From: Parcubacteria group bacterium | GTDB lineage: Bacteria; Patescibacteriota; Minisyncoccia; Moranbacterales; UBA2206 | Reading direction: 5' to 3' | Length of the DNA: 64,000 nucleotides | Assembly: GCA_041659505.1 (NCBI GenBank) | Contig: JBAZYF010000001.1 | Span: 253,274 to 317,273 of the forward strand | Part shown: positions 46,935 through 56,894 of the stretch, in pieces | Numbering within the stretch: position 1 is the stretch's first letter | How the letters are laid out: the number at the start of each line of letters is the position of its first letter | The notes under the pieces: model-generated | The model's input: the letters and a program-made list of their open reading frames with translations, nothing else | The model's database searches: none | What the model was told of the DNA's origin: nothing | Position numbers and translations under genes: made by a program

Positions 46935-48233
46935 ATGCGAGTATTGTTTGTTTCGGGCGAACTCATTGCGGCAGATTTGTGTCTAAGATTGCAACAAGAA
47001 GGTTGCGAGGTAAAACTATACATAGAGGATGAGGGAAGGCGTGACTGCCTAGACGGAATGATTGAAAAAGTTACTGACTGGGAAAAAGAACTAGACTGGG
47101 TAGGAAAGAATGGGCTTATTGTTTTTGATGATATTGGTTATGGTAAAATTCAGGATGATCTAAGAAGTGAGGGTTACAACGTCGTTGGCGGAAGCCTAGG
47201 CGGAGACAAACTTGAAAAGGAACGCGAATTTGGACAAGTTGTTTTTTCTACCTACGGCCTAAACGCCCTAAAAACAATTAATTTCACTAAAATTAGCGAA
47301 GCTGTTAATTTTATCAAGAAAAATCCCTGCGCCTGGGTAATAAAACAGAACGGACATATTAGCGCCCTCAATTATGTTGGCCAGTGGAGCGATGGAAGCG
47401 ATGCAATCTCTATTTTGGAAAGTTACAGAAGACTAAATGGAAATTTGGGTACAATAAGCTTGCAAAAAAGAGTAGACGGAGTAGAGATCGGCGTTGGGCG
47501 ATACTTCAATGGGAAAGAATGGATTGGTCCGATTGAACTCAATATTGAGCATAAGCATTTATGCAATGGAAGCATTGGTCCAATGACTGGAGAGATGGGA
47601 ACGGTAATGTGGTATACTGAAAATGAAAAAAATAGACTATTTCAAGGAACACTTGCAAAATTAAAACCCTTCCTTGAGAAAGTTAATTTCAAGGGGGATA
47701 TTGACATTAATTGCATCGTTGATAAAAAACACATTTACCCACTTGAGGCGACTGCTAGATTTGGTTGCCCAGCTATCCAACTCCAAACAGAAATACACAA
47801 ATCTCCCTGGAAAGACTTTTTGTTGGCCGTAGCTAAAGGAGAAAAATATGACCTAAAGTATAAAAAAGGTTTTGGCGTAGTCGTATCCATTGCCATCCCC
47901 CCATTTCCCTACAAGTCCATTTCCACGGATTATCACGACAAGGGAGTGAAAATATTCTTCAAAGAAAAACTTTCCAAGAAAGAACTTGCCAGTCTTCACT
48001 TTGAAGAGGTATCCTTGAAAAAAACAAATTGCACGGAGGATTTGTGCGTTGCTGGAAGCAATGGTTTTATTATGTATGTTTCTGGATTCGGAAAAAACGC
48101 AAAAAGCGCTCGTCACCAGGCATATGAGCTAGTAAAAAAAATTAACATACCTAAAATGTTTTATCGAGATGACATAGGAGAAAGATTTGTAAAAAAAGAT
48201 ATGAAAACATTGAGGGAATGGAACTGGATATGA
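46935..48233 (+). CDS. PurD-like ATP-grasp ligase (non-canonical phosphoribosylamine--glycine ligase family)
   Basis: LE..R.FG, .VIK, GVE, EHK....GP.TGEMG, G.ID.N, LE.T.RFG.P, A...AY, YR.DIG; lacks the canonical GSGGREHA start. Confidence 0.75.
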   Translation: MRVLFVSGELIAADLCLRLQQEGCEVKLYIEDEGRRDCLDGMIEKVTDWEKELDWVGKNGLIVFDDIGYGKIQDDLRSEGYNVVGGSLGGDKLEKEREFGQVVFSTYGLNALKTINFTKISEAVNFIKKNPCAWVIKQNGHISALNYVGQWSDGSDAISILESYRRLNGNLGTISLQKRVDGVEIGVGRYFNGKEWIGPIELNIEHKHLCNGSIGPMTGEMGTVMWYTENEKNRLFQGTLAKLKPFLEKVNFKGDIDINCIVDKKHIYPLEATARFGCPAIQLQTEIHKSPWKDFLLAVAKGEKYDLKYKKGFGVVVSIAIPPFPYKSISTDYHDKGVKIFFKEKLSKKELASLHFEEVSLKKTNCTEDLCVAGSNGFIMYVSGFGKNAKSARHQAYELVKKINIPKMFYRDDIGERFVKKDMKTLREWNWI

Positions 48234-48391
48234 TATGGAAAAACGCCATCTGGCGTTTTTTCCTTTTTTGACAATCAAAACACCCTTCACTATTAAAGCC
48301 AATATGCTATAATTAAGAAAGCATTATTTACATTGAAAGATCGTTTTGTCAATATCTTACCCTATAATTATTTAATTGCTTGCAAACAAAA

Positions 48392-48958
48392 ATGGAAAAG
48401 TCTTCTTTTGGAAAAGAAAATGCCAATCTTGAACAAAACGTAGAGATCGTCAATGAATTTAGTGAAGACTCTCTGGCTGCAATATTAGATTTGGAAAAAA
48501 AATGCTTCCCTGCTGACTGGCAATATGAAGATGCTGATGACTATTACAGAAAGATGCTAAACGACAAGGAAAATATAAATATTTTTTTAAAACAGAACGC
48601 TGCAATCGTTGGCTATGCATTAGCTAAGCCACTCAATAATGCCTTAAGTGATTTAATGAAATATGACCCAGAGATACAAAGTATTGATAATAATTTGTAC
48701 ATAGAAACGATTCAGGTATTAGATCAATTTAGAGGGAAAGGTGGAGCCAAAAAGATTTTATTAGAAATTTGTAATGAAGCTCTAAAACGGGGAATTGTAG
48801 ATTTTTCAATTCACGCAAGAAAAAGTAATGGACTAAATTTAAAGCTCAGGAAAATATTTGATGGAATGATCACTAAGCACAGACAGATAGAGTCATGGGA
48901 ACCCGGAGGAGGAGAGCCCTATGAATACATGGAATGGAGCTATAAAAAAAATAATTAG
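48392..48958 (+). CDS. GNAT acetyltransferase
   Basis: LEKKCFP..W, IVGY.LA, YIETIQVL..FRGKG. Confidence 0.8.
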   Translation: MEKSSFGKENANLEQNVEIVNEFSEDSLAAILDLEKKCFPADWQYEDADDYYRKMLNDKENINIFLKQNAAIVGYALAKPLNNALSDLMKYDPEIQSIDNNLYIETIQVLDQFRGKGGAKKILLEICNEALKRGIVDFSIHARKSNGLNLKLRKIFDGMITKHRQIESWEPGGGEPYEYMEWSYKKNN

Positions 48959-48974
48959 ATTAAAACAAAAAAAT

Positions 48975-50801
48975 ATGTTGTGCCCGGAATATGCTAACCC
49001 GCAGTATTTTATTTTTTCAAATCAGGTCCCCCCTCTTCTTTATTATTCCCACTTGCCGGCCATAATCACATCCCTACTTATTGGATTTTTTGTTTTTTTA
49101 AAAAATCCAAAATTGCTCCTAAGCAAGCTGCTACTTGGCTTATCGATATCATTTTCATTATGGGCAATAGCAAGTCTCATTACTTGGACAAATAATAGCA
49201 GCGACATCATAATTTTTGTATGGTCACTATTTGGAATTTTTTCATCATTAATATATTTTTTCAGCCTTTATTTTGTCTACGTATTTATCAACCAAAAAGA
49301 TATAACATTAAGAGGAAAAATATTATTAGGACTAACAATTCTTCCCGTAATCATTTTCACTCCAACCAAACACAATCTGAATGAATTCAATTTAGGAGTT
49401 TGTGGCATCTTCACTGAGGGTAAGTATTTTACAAATTATTTCTACACACTTGGCCTTGTAGTTTTCTTATGGATACTGTTTCTATTGAGTACTAGATACA
49501 GAAAATCTGATCGTGAAACTAAAAAAAAGATTATTTATTTAGCGCTTGGCATAGAATTCTTTCTATTCTCTTTTTTTGTCTCTTCTTTTTTGGCAAGCTT
49601 CCTCGTTTGGATGGGCAAAAGCAATGATTTTTCGATAAATCTATACGGTCTTTTTGGAATGCCTATCTTTACAGGTTTTCTCGCCTATCTTATTGTCAAA
49701 TTCAAAGCATTTGAAATTAAACTCTTTAGCGCACAAGCTTTGGTTGTAGCATTAATTGTCATCATCGGATCACAATTTGCCTTTATTCATAGCAGCATTA
49801 ATAAAATTTTAACCGCCATAACGCTAACATTAGCCATCGGCTTCGGATGGTTTTTGATCCGCTCGGTCAAAAAAGAAATTGAACATCGGGAAGAATTGGA
49901 AATTGCCAATAATGAAATTGAAAAAAGCAGTTTTGAGATTGAAAGCCGTAACAAAAAACTCAAAAAAGCCAACAAGGAAATCAGTGAGCGGAAAAATCAG
50001 TTGCAAAAAATTTCCGACTCTTTGGCGATTGCTAATGATAAGCTGAAAAAACTGGACACAGCAAAAACGGATTTCATTTCAATGGCCTCCCATCAATTGC
50101 GCACCCCCCCAACTCCGATCAAAGGCTATTCCTCGATGCTTTTGGAAGGCTCTTATGGACCGCTCAACGCAGAACAGAAAAGAGCAGTGGAAAATATTTC
50201 CAATGCCAACAACCAGCAAATCACCTTCGTAGAAGATCTTTTGAGTGTTTCACGCATTGAATCAGGCAGTTTGAAGTTCGAGTTTAAGAAGACCCAACTG
50301 GATGAGTTATGCAAAGAAGTAGTTAATAATTTGGTTCTCAAAGCCAAAGACAAAGGGCTTTATCTGGACTACAAGACTCCCGAGCCCCTGCTCCCAGAAC
50401 TGAATGTCGATGGAGCAAAAATCCGGGAAGTACTTTCCAATCTAGTGGATAATGCCGTGAAATATACCCAGCGAGGCGGAGTAACTATCAGCACGGAACT
50501 GTGTAAAAAGAAAGAAAAGAATTGCCTGACGAAACCCCACCTGCGTATTACCGTTTCCGACACCGGCATCGGTGTACCAGCTGAAGAAATCCCCTACTTG
50601 TTCCAGAAATTTTCCCGTGGCAAAGATATTACCCGACTCAATACCAGTGGAACGGGACTCGGGCTTTATGTCGTTAGAATGATCACCGAAGCGAACGGTG
50701 GCAAATCCTGGATTGAATCCCCCGGCGCCGGCCGCGGATCAAAATTCATCGTAGAACTGCCGCTGGAACAATTGACAGAGACGATCGAACGGAATGGGTA
50801 G
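48975..50801 (+). CDS. Sensor histidine kinase with N-terminal multi-TM (7TM-type) domain
   Basis: ASHQLRTP (H box), NLVDNAVKYT, DTGIG, F.KF.R, GTGLGL. Confidence 0.93.
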   Translation: MLCPEYANPQYFIFSNQVPPLLYYSHLPAIITSLLIGFFVFLKNPKLLLSKLLLGLSISFSLWAIASLITWTNNSSDIIIFVWSLFGIFSSLIYFFSLYFVYVFINQKDITLRGKILLGLTILPVIIFTPTKHNLNEFNLGVCGIFTEGKYFTNYFYTLGLVVFLWILFLLSTRYRKSDRETKKKIIYLALGIEFFLFSFFVSSFLASFLVWMGKSNDFSINLYGLFGMPIFTGFLAYLIVKFKAFEIKLFSAQALVVALIVIIGSQFAFIHSSINKILTAITLTLAIGFGWFLIRSVKKEIEHREELEIANNEIEKSSFEIESRNKKLKKANKEISERKNQLQKISDSLAIANDKLKKLDTAKTDFISMASHQLRTPPTPIKGYSSMLLEGSYGPLNAEQKRAVENISNANNQQITFVEDLLSVSRIESGSLKFEFKKTQLDELCKEVVNNLVLKAKDKGLYLDYKTPEPLLPELNVDGAKIREVLSNLVDNAVKYTQRGGVTISTELCKKKEKNCLTKPHLRITVSDTGIGVPAEEIPYLFQKFSRGKDITRLNTSGTGLGLYVVRMITEANGGKSWIESPGAGRGSKFIVELPLEQLTETIERNG

Positions 50802-50943
50802 TATCAGATTGTGTTAAATTGAGATAATCTCACAAATAAAAACCAACTAGGAAATAGTTGGTTTTTTAATTCTTTAAAATCTGAGCCCTTTACTTTTCTC
50901 CAAAAACCAGCATACTGAAAAAGTTAACTATTTTTACAATTAA

Positions 50944-51528
50944 ATGCCAAAATATCTAACCCAAAAAGATATCTTTGCTAATCAAGACTTTTATGCCTCC
51001 GAAATCCAGAAGGGCCGGCTTTTTATCTACCCTACTGACACCTTGCACGGACTGGGCGCCGATGCGAAAAATACTGGAAGTATTGAAAAAATTGTTGCTC
51101 TTAAAAAAAGAACCGGCCAGGCTTTTTTGGTCATCGCCCCGTCTCTCGAATGGATCTTTTTCAATTGCGAAATTTCCAATGCTACTATCAAAAAATTACT
51201 CACTGAAAAATTACCCGGGCCATTTTCTTTTATCCTAAGACTAAAAAACACCCAAGCTGTCGCTCCCCTGGCGCTAAATTTCGGAGAAACTATCGGTGTG
51301 CGGTTGCCTAAGAATTGGTTTTGGGAAATAATCGCAAAAAGTGGTGCGCCCTTCATTTCCACTTCCATAAACTACAGCGCAACACTTTCGGCCAAAAGCC
51401 TCGAAGATATCCCAACAGAGATTCTGAACTCTGTAGATTATATTATTTGGGACGACGCAGCGCCCACCGGAAAAGCCAGCACTATAATTGATGTGACTTC
51501 CGGAGTACCAAAAATATTGAGGAAATAA
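50944..51528 (+). CDS. tsaC: Threonylcarbamoyl-AMP synthase (Sua5/YrdC)
   Basis: YPTDT.HGLG, .K.R, PGP.S.IL, GVR.P, STS.N, AST. Confidence 0.85.
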   Translation: MPKYLTQKDIFANQDFYASEIQKGRLFIYPTDTLHGLGADAKNTGSIEKIVALKKRTGQAFLVIAPSLEWIFFNCEISNATIKKLLTEKLPGPFSFILRLKNTQAVAPLALNFGETIGVRLPKNWFWEIIAKSGAPFISTSINYSATLSAKSLEDIPTEILNSVDYIIWDDAAPTGKASTIIDVTSGVPKILRK

Positions 51529-51696
51529 AATTGTTATAATAAGCATCTTCCCTTGTGCCATCCCCATCTTCGCAGAGATGAAAAATCTTTGACAAAAAGC
51601 TTTTTTAGGGGTAGAATAAGGTTTATGTTTAATTAGGTTAAATAAGCAACATTTGTACACTTGTAAATTTGTACGAGATTTGTAGTTTGTAGTGTT

Positions 51697-53484
51697 ATGG
51701 AAATTAGAAACATTGCGATTATCGCCCATGTGGACCATGGTAAAACAACCTTGACTGACGCCATTATGCGCCAAACCGGAAACGCCCCTGAAGGCGACAC
51801 GATGGACAGCAATGCCCTGGAAAAAGAGCGCGGAATCACGATTTATTCCAAAAATGCCGCTATCATCTACAAAGACACGAAAATTAATATCGTGGACACT
51901 CCAGGTCACGCCGATTTCGGCAGTGAAGTAGAACGAGTTTTGCGTTCGATCGATAGCGTCGTTTTAGTTGTAGATGCTCAGGAAGGTCCGATGCCCCAGA
52001 CCAGATTTGTTTTGAAAAAATCCCTCGAACTGGGACTGAAACCAATTGTTGTGATCAATAAAATTGACAAGCCGGCTGCTGATCCGGATATGGTCCAAGA
52101 ACAAGTTTTTGAACTGTTTTTGGATCTGGGCGCGAACGACGAACAATTGGAATTTACAACTGTCTATGCGATTGCCCGCCAAGGGATCGCCAAGATGCAC
52201 TTGGAAGATGAGTCAACTGATCTCTCTCCACTCCTCGACACGATCCTCGCGCGCATTCCTGCAACACCCCTAGAGAACAGTGACAAGCCACTGCGCATGC
52301 AATTTTTTAATCTCGGCTATGACAATTTTTTGGGACGCCTCGGCATCGGCCGGATCTATGAAGGAAAAATCCGGGCTAATGACACGGTGACGGTGAAAAA
52401 AAGCGACGGAACGGTTGAAGCAGGGAAAATTGTGAAATTGTTCTCCTTTCTCGGCACAGAAAGAAAAGACGTCCCCGAAGCGATTGCCGGAGATATCGTG
52501 ATGATTGCCGGAATTCCCAAGATCGACATCGGTGAAACTGTCTGCGCTACACCAGAACAAGAAGCTCTGCCTTACATCAGTATCGATGAGCCAACGATTT
52601 CTCTTAGTTTTCTGGTCAACGACTCCCCATTTGCCGGCAAAGAAGGCAAGCTCGTCACCAACAAACAGATCAAGGAACGCTTGATGAAAGAATTGGAAAT
52701 CAATGTCGGACTCAAAATTGATTTTTCAACCGCGGAATATTATACGGTTCTTGGTCGCGGCGAACTGCACATCGCCATCCTTTTGGAAAATATGCGCCGG
52801 GAAGGATTTGAATTACAAGTTTCCAAGCCACGCGTAATCATCAAAGACATTGACGGAGTGAAATCCGAACCTTTCGAGGAACTGACAGTGGACGTACCGG
52901 AAAAATCTTCCGGCGTGGTAATTGAAAAAATCGGAAAAAGAAAGGGCGTGATGATGAACATGAAGCAGACCGGAACGCAGATGCGGATGATTTTTGAGGT
53001 GCCGACCCGCGGAATCCTCGGATATCGCGGAGAATTTATGATCGACACGCGCGGCGAAGGCATCCTGTGCAGTCGAGTGATCGGTTTTCGCCCTTATGCC
53101 GGTGAGATCAAAAAGACTGATACTGGTTCAATGATTTCCATGGCCACCGGAAAGGCGCTCGGCTTTTCTTTGGCTAATCTCCAGACGCGCGGTACGCTTT
53201 TCATCGAACCATCGACGGAAGTCTATGAAGGTATGGTCATCGGAAACACTTCAAAAGGTCAAGATATGACTGTGAACCCAACCAAAGGCAAAGCGATGAG
53301 CAATATGCGTTCCTCCGGAGCCGACGAAGCCATCCAGCTCTCTCCTCCGATTAAAATCACCCTCGAACGCGGTTTGGAAATTATGGCTGATGATGAATAT
53401 CTGGAAGTTACTCCTCTTTCCGTGCGTCTGCGCAAACAATACTTGAACGAAACAGAACGGATCAGGCATTCACGAAAAGCGTAA
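51697..53484 (+). CDS. typA: Translational GTPase TypA/BipA
   Basis: [45 protein letters not shown]. Confidence 0.97.
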   Translation: MEIRNIAIIAHVDHGKTTLTDAIMRQTGNAPEGDTMDSNALEKERGITIYSKNAAIIYKDTKINIVDTPGHADFGSEVERVLRSIDSVVLVVDAQEGPMPQTRFVLKKSLELGLKPIVVINKIDKPAADPDMVQEQVFELFLDLGANDEQLEFTTVYAIARQGIAKMHLEDESTDLSPLLDTILARIPATPLENSDKPLRMQFFNLGYDNFLGRLGIGRIYEGKIRANDTVTVKKSDGTVEAGKIVKLFSFLGTERKDVPEAIAGDIVMIAGIPKIDIGETVCATPEQEALPYISIDEPTISLSFLVNDSPFAGKEGKLVTNKQIKERLMKELEINVGLKIDFSTAEYYTVLGRGELHIAILLENMRREGFELQVSKPRVIIKDIDGVKSEPFEELTVDVPEKSSGVVIEKIGKRKGVMMNMKQTGTQMRMIFEVPTRGILGYRGEFMIDTRGEGILCSRVIGFRPYAGEIKKTDTGSMISMATGKALGFSLANLQTRGTLFIEPSTEVYEGMVIGNTSKGQDMTVNPTKGKAMSNMRSSGADEAIQLSPPIKITLERGLEIMADDEYLEVTPLSVRLRKQYLNETERIRHSRKA

Positions 53485-53505
53485 TTTTATACCTAAAACT
53501 TTTGC

Positions 53506-53541
53506 AACAAAAAACTTTCCGGGAATGGAAAGTTTTTTGTT
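53506..53541. terminator. Bidirectional terminator
   Basis: aacaaaaaactttcc-gggaat-ggaaagttttttgtt. Confidence 0.85.
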
Positions 53542-53559
53542 ACAAAGAAAGATTGTTAC

Positions 53560-54660
53560 TTAATCAATCTGCTTCAAAGCTAAAAGTAATTTTTTGTTTT
53601 TCTGTTCGTCTTGGATAGTGATACGCACATAGCCCTTACCCTCCAATCCAAAGCTTTCCCTGAAATCAGCCGTCAGAATAAATTTATTTTTCAATTCATT
53701 ATAAAGATCTTTCTTCTTATGCTTCAAGATAAATACATTCGTCTCAGAAGTTCCCCCAATTTTATAGTTTTTCAGCTTTTTTATTTCTAAGAACAATTTT
53801 TCTCTGATTGCTCTGGTCTTATTCGCAACTTGAGTAATATAGTTTTTGTCTCCGATGGCAATCTTAGCCACCTCTTCTGACAGGGCATTTATATTAAAAA
53901 CCGGCTTGATATGATTTATCTCTTCGATCAAACTTTTGTCCGCCACGACAAAACCCAATCTTATCCCGGCCAAGCTATATGATTTTGACAAGCTTCGGAC
54001 GACGATCAGATTTTTATATTTCTTCACAAGATTGACGGCTGATTTTTTTCCAGTCGGATCAAAAAAATCAAAGAAAACTTCATCCACAACCAAGATTGTT
54101 TTTTGATCGATGTTATCCAGGATATACCTAACTTGTTTTTGCGTCATCATGTTTCCCGTTGGATTATTCGGATTGCAGATCCAGGCCGTCCGCGCTTTTC
54201 TCAAATTTATTTCAGCAATGAAATTGTCCAGAAAAGTTCCGTCATACTTAAAATCGTTCTTTTCATCCAGCCCCACTAAGTGCACATTGATTTTAAACAT
54301 GATATTGGCTTCAACGATCCGATAGAAAGTTGGCACAGCACAAACACAATCACTGTCTGGTTCGCCAAAGACACGCGGAATTATGCCGATGGCCTCGTCT
54401 GCTCCGACCGACAGGAGTATATTTTCCAATTTCACACTGAGCCGGTCAGCAATCACTTGTCTCAACTCCCCATATGTCGGATCGAGGTAAGCGCTCAATT
54501 TCTTCAAATCGAACTTGCCTAAAACCGGCCTGATTTTTTTGCAAGGTGCAATGAAGCTTTCGCCCATATTAAACAGCTCGTATTTGGAAATATTTTTGAT
54601 GTCATCATGCACATAGCCAGCCACTTTTTGACTGAGTAAATTTTCAATGTAGGAATTCAT
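53560..54660 (-). CDS. HisC-like class I/II PLP aminotransferase (possibly aromatic aminotransferase)
   Basis: G.DEAI, PTF, CNPNNPTG, VVDE.F, RSLSKSYSLAG.RLG. Confidence 0.85.
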   Translation of the reverse strand: MNSYIENLLSQKVAGYVHDDIKNISKYELFNMGESFIAPCKKIRPVLGKFDLKKLSAYLDPTYGELRQVIADRLSVKLENILLSVGADEAIGIIPRVFGEPDSDCVCAVPTFYRIVEANIMFKINVHLVGLDEKNDFKYDGTFLDNFIAEINLRKARTAWICNPNNPTGNMMTQKQVRYILDNIDQKTILVVDEVFFDFFDPTGKKSAVNLVKKYKNLIVVRSLSKSYSLAGIRLGFVVADKSLIEEINHIKPVFNINALSEEVAKIAIGDKNYITQVANKTRAIREKLFLEIKKLKNYKIGGTSETNVFILKHKKKDLYNELKNKFILTADFRESFGLEGKGYVRITIQDEQKNKKLLLALKQID

Positions 54661-54744
54661 AGTTTTTTAGTTGATTAAATATTTAAATTTATTGATTAAT
54701 AAATCTGGATGGGAAATTGCTCGCGAGCAATTTCCCACCTTTTG

Positions 54745-55578
54745 TCATGAAAAAACTTGTCGATATTGGTCACCAATCAGCTGATCCAACTGTTGCATGC
54801 ACTCGATAAAGGTCTCGATCGGAGGACTGCCATTGAGATGAAATCCCATAGCAGAAAAAATATCAAAAGCCGGTTTCAGAGTGTTTCTTTTTATCTTCGC
54901 CGTTTTGACTGTTCCACCTTTTCCTCTTACGAGAAATTTTGCTGAAAGACTGTCCGCGTCTTCCACAAGCAACACTCGACAATCCGCCGTAGTACGCTTT
55001 ACCAAATAGGGCGGTCCAGGCACATAATTGGGAATCATCCCGGGAAATTTTCCCAGTACAAATCCGATGTCATTACGCTGCGGAAAAAATTTCTTGAAAT
55101 GATAGGAAAAATAATGTTCATCCTTGGCCAAGAAATTTGTTTTGTAATATGGATAGACCCAGCCAATCTGGAATCCCCCATCCGGCAAAAGCCGATTAGT
55201 GATATTGCTCTGGACTTCTTCATAGCTCCAACCCAAATTTTCATCGGCAAACAGATCGGAATATTTCACAATCCGCCAATCTTTCATGCCAAGAGAATCA
55301 AGGAAGAAGGTAACAAACTTTTCTTCTTCGGAAACATCAATGATGTCCTGACCAAACGGCTTGTTCATGAGAAATAGCGTAGCACTTCTGGCTGATAACT
55401 GCTGCCGGGTTTCTTCGGCCATCTTCAGCATAAACAGAAAATCCAACCCCAATCCGCAACACTTACTGCAATCGCTACCGAAAAATCCCATCCCCATATA
55501 GATATCAGGATTTTCCAATGTACATTCCGGCACAACCACTTTTTCCACAAAAGGCACGTTCTTCAAATTCTCGAGCAT
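54745..55578 (-). CDS. Orphan protein with a degenerate class Ic aaRS (TrpRS/TyrRS-like) fold, no HIGH/KMSKS
   Basis: IYMGMG, IVKYSDL, YEEVQ, DEHYF and RVLLVEDADSLSAKF match the order of TrpRS elements by eye only. Confidence 0.5.
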   Translation of the reverse strand: MLENLKNVPFVEKVVVPECTLENPDIYMGMGFFGSDCSKCCGLGLDFLFMLKMAEETRQQLSARSATLFLMNKPFGQDIIDVSEEEKFVTFFLDSLGMKDWRIVKYSDLFADENLGWSYEEVQSNITNRLLPDGGFQIGWVYPYYKTNFLAKDEHYFSYHFKKFFPQRNDIGFVLGKFPGMIPNYVPGPPYLVKRTTADCRVLLVEDADSLSAKFLVRGKGGTVKTAKIKRNTLKPAFDIFSAMGFHLNGSPPIETFIECMQQLDQLIGDQYRQVFS

Positions 55579-55643
55579 ATTTCCCCCTCTTTCGTATGTT
55601 GGTCATCGATTATCGACAAATTATATTCATTTTTCCAAGGAAC

Positions 55644-55843
55644 AAAAAAACCGGTCTCGCGTGAGATCGGCTTTGACTTGACTGAAATAGATGGAACTTT
55701 TTATGCGTTATCTATTTTAAGCAAACCAAAACCGATCTGGCTAAACCAGAAGCTAAAGAAATAGAAACTATATAAATTTTGGTTGGTTTGATTGCTCATT
55801 GTTTTTTACTAAATCAGTTTAGCACTTTTAGAAATCTTGTCAA
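55644..55843 (-). promoter_or_regulatory. Promoter plus leader-peptide attenuator (aromatic-rich)
   Basis: TTGACA-16-TAAACT; antiterminator agatcggtttt/aaagccgatct; terminator gccgatctc-acgc-gagaccggt-TTTTTT. Confidence 0.82.
55701..55799 (-). CDS. Attenuator leader peptide MSNQTNQNLYSFYFFSFWFSQIGFGLLKIDNA
   Basis: Own translation; 8 aromatic codons in 10 consecutive positions. Confidence 0.8.
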   Translation of the reverse strand: MSNQTNQNLYSFYFFSFWFSQIGFGLLKIDNA

Positions 55844-55857
55844 CCCAAGGTGATGAG

Positions 55858-56811
55858 TCATACAGCCTTCTTCGCCAAAAGAGCAAAAGCTTCGTCTAAA
55901 TAGTTCATACCCATGCCTCTTCCATCATCTAAGTCACTATGATAAACACTCATAAGTTTATCCAGACTTGCTGTAACAATCTCGGTTTTTTTAGTTATTT
56001 TATGCAAGTTTTTTACCGGAAAAGCCAATATTACTATGCTTGGATCAGTGATCACAATTGTTGGGTCATTTCCCACGCAATCGATCACAATAATTTTTTT
56101 GGCGCCATCAATAAGTTTTTGGTATTTCAGTTCAAAAGCACGGAAACCACTCCCCCAATAAATCGGTTTATCATAGGATAATTCCTCGGCTCCAGAGAAA
56201 ACAAACAAATTGTTTTTCAATATCTCCGGTTTTTCCAAAACAACCCTCATCATAACTGCAACTCCTGAAGCATTATCAATTGCACCTTTTTTAATACTAT
56301 CATAATGAGCGAAAAAGATGGCTTTAGGATTTTTTGCATTTCCCACTAGTATATTAGCTGATTGATGAGAAACTTTTTCAACCTGAACATTGCCAACGAT
56401 TTTTTTCGCCTTAACTATTTTTGAGATATCTTTATAACTAACACAAATTGCTGGAGCGAAATAATAATTTTTTAGAGATATCCCCTCGCATCTAGGATTG
56501 AAACTAATACTAGAAATTTCCTGGCAAATTGAAGATGAAAGCAGTGAACTAATCACGACGTCATTGTTCTTAATTTCCCCACTCAAAAAAGAACAGCCTT
56601 CACATTTGACTCTTTTACCATCCGCCAATAGAGAAACATTTTGCGTTAAAGGAATCGCTACTTTGAATTTTTGCAACAAAAATAAGATGGAATTTTCTTT
56701 TAACACGGAAATTAGAAAATCGCACGCCTTTGATTCTCCTTCCAATTGCCTTGGAGCAAAAGAAACTAATTTGGAAATAAACTTTTGATAATTGAATTTT
56801 TTAGTATTCAT
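55858..56811 (-). CDS. M28 family peptidase
   Basis: R...GE, AHYDS...GA.DNASGVA, FSGAEEL, D.VG, YHS..D; start set at ATG 56811. Confidence 0.85.
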   Translation of the reverse strand: MNTKKFNYQKFISKLVSFAPRQLEGESKACDFLISVLKENSILFLLQKFKVAIPLTQNVSLLADGKRVKCEGCSFLSGEIKNNDVVISSLLSSSICQEISSISFNPRCEGISLKNYYFAPAICVSYKDISKIVKAKKIVGNVQVEKVSHQSANILVGNAKNPKAIFFAHYDSIKKGAIDNASGVAVMMRVVLEKPEILKNNLFVFSGAEELSYDKPIYWGSGFRAFELKYQKLIDGAKKIIVIDCVGNDPTIVITDPSIVILAFPVKNLHKITKKTEIVTASLDKLMSVYHSDLDDGRGMGMNYLDEAFALLAKKAV

Positions 56812-56894
56812 AAAAATATATAGAAAATTTAACTGCAATTAAGGGAAGGAGGGTTGCACTAATACAATCTTAGCACAACCCCCTTTTGAAGCAA

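Noticed and set aside
46935-48233. Calling this canonical purD
   Set aside because: Lacks the GSGGREHA N-terminal motif and is far from the pur genes; kept as PurD-like
51274-51909. 211-aa minus-strand ORF
   Set aside because: Antisense to tsaC and typA; typical shadow ORF
53560-54660. Calling this hisC of histidine biosynthesis
   Set aside because: No other his genes nearby and the operon leader is aromatic-rich, not His-rich
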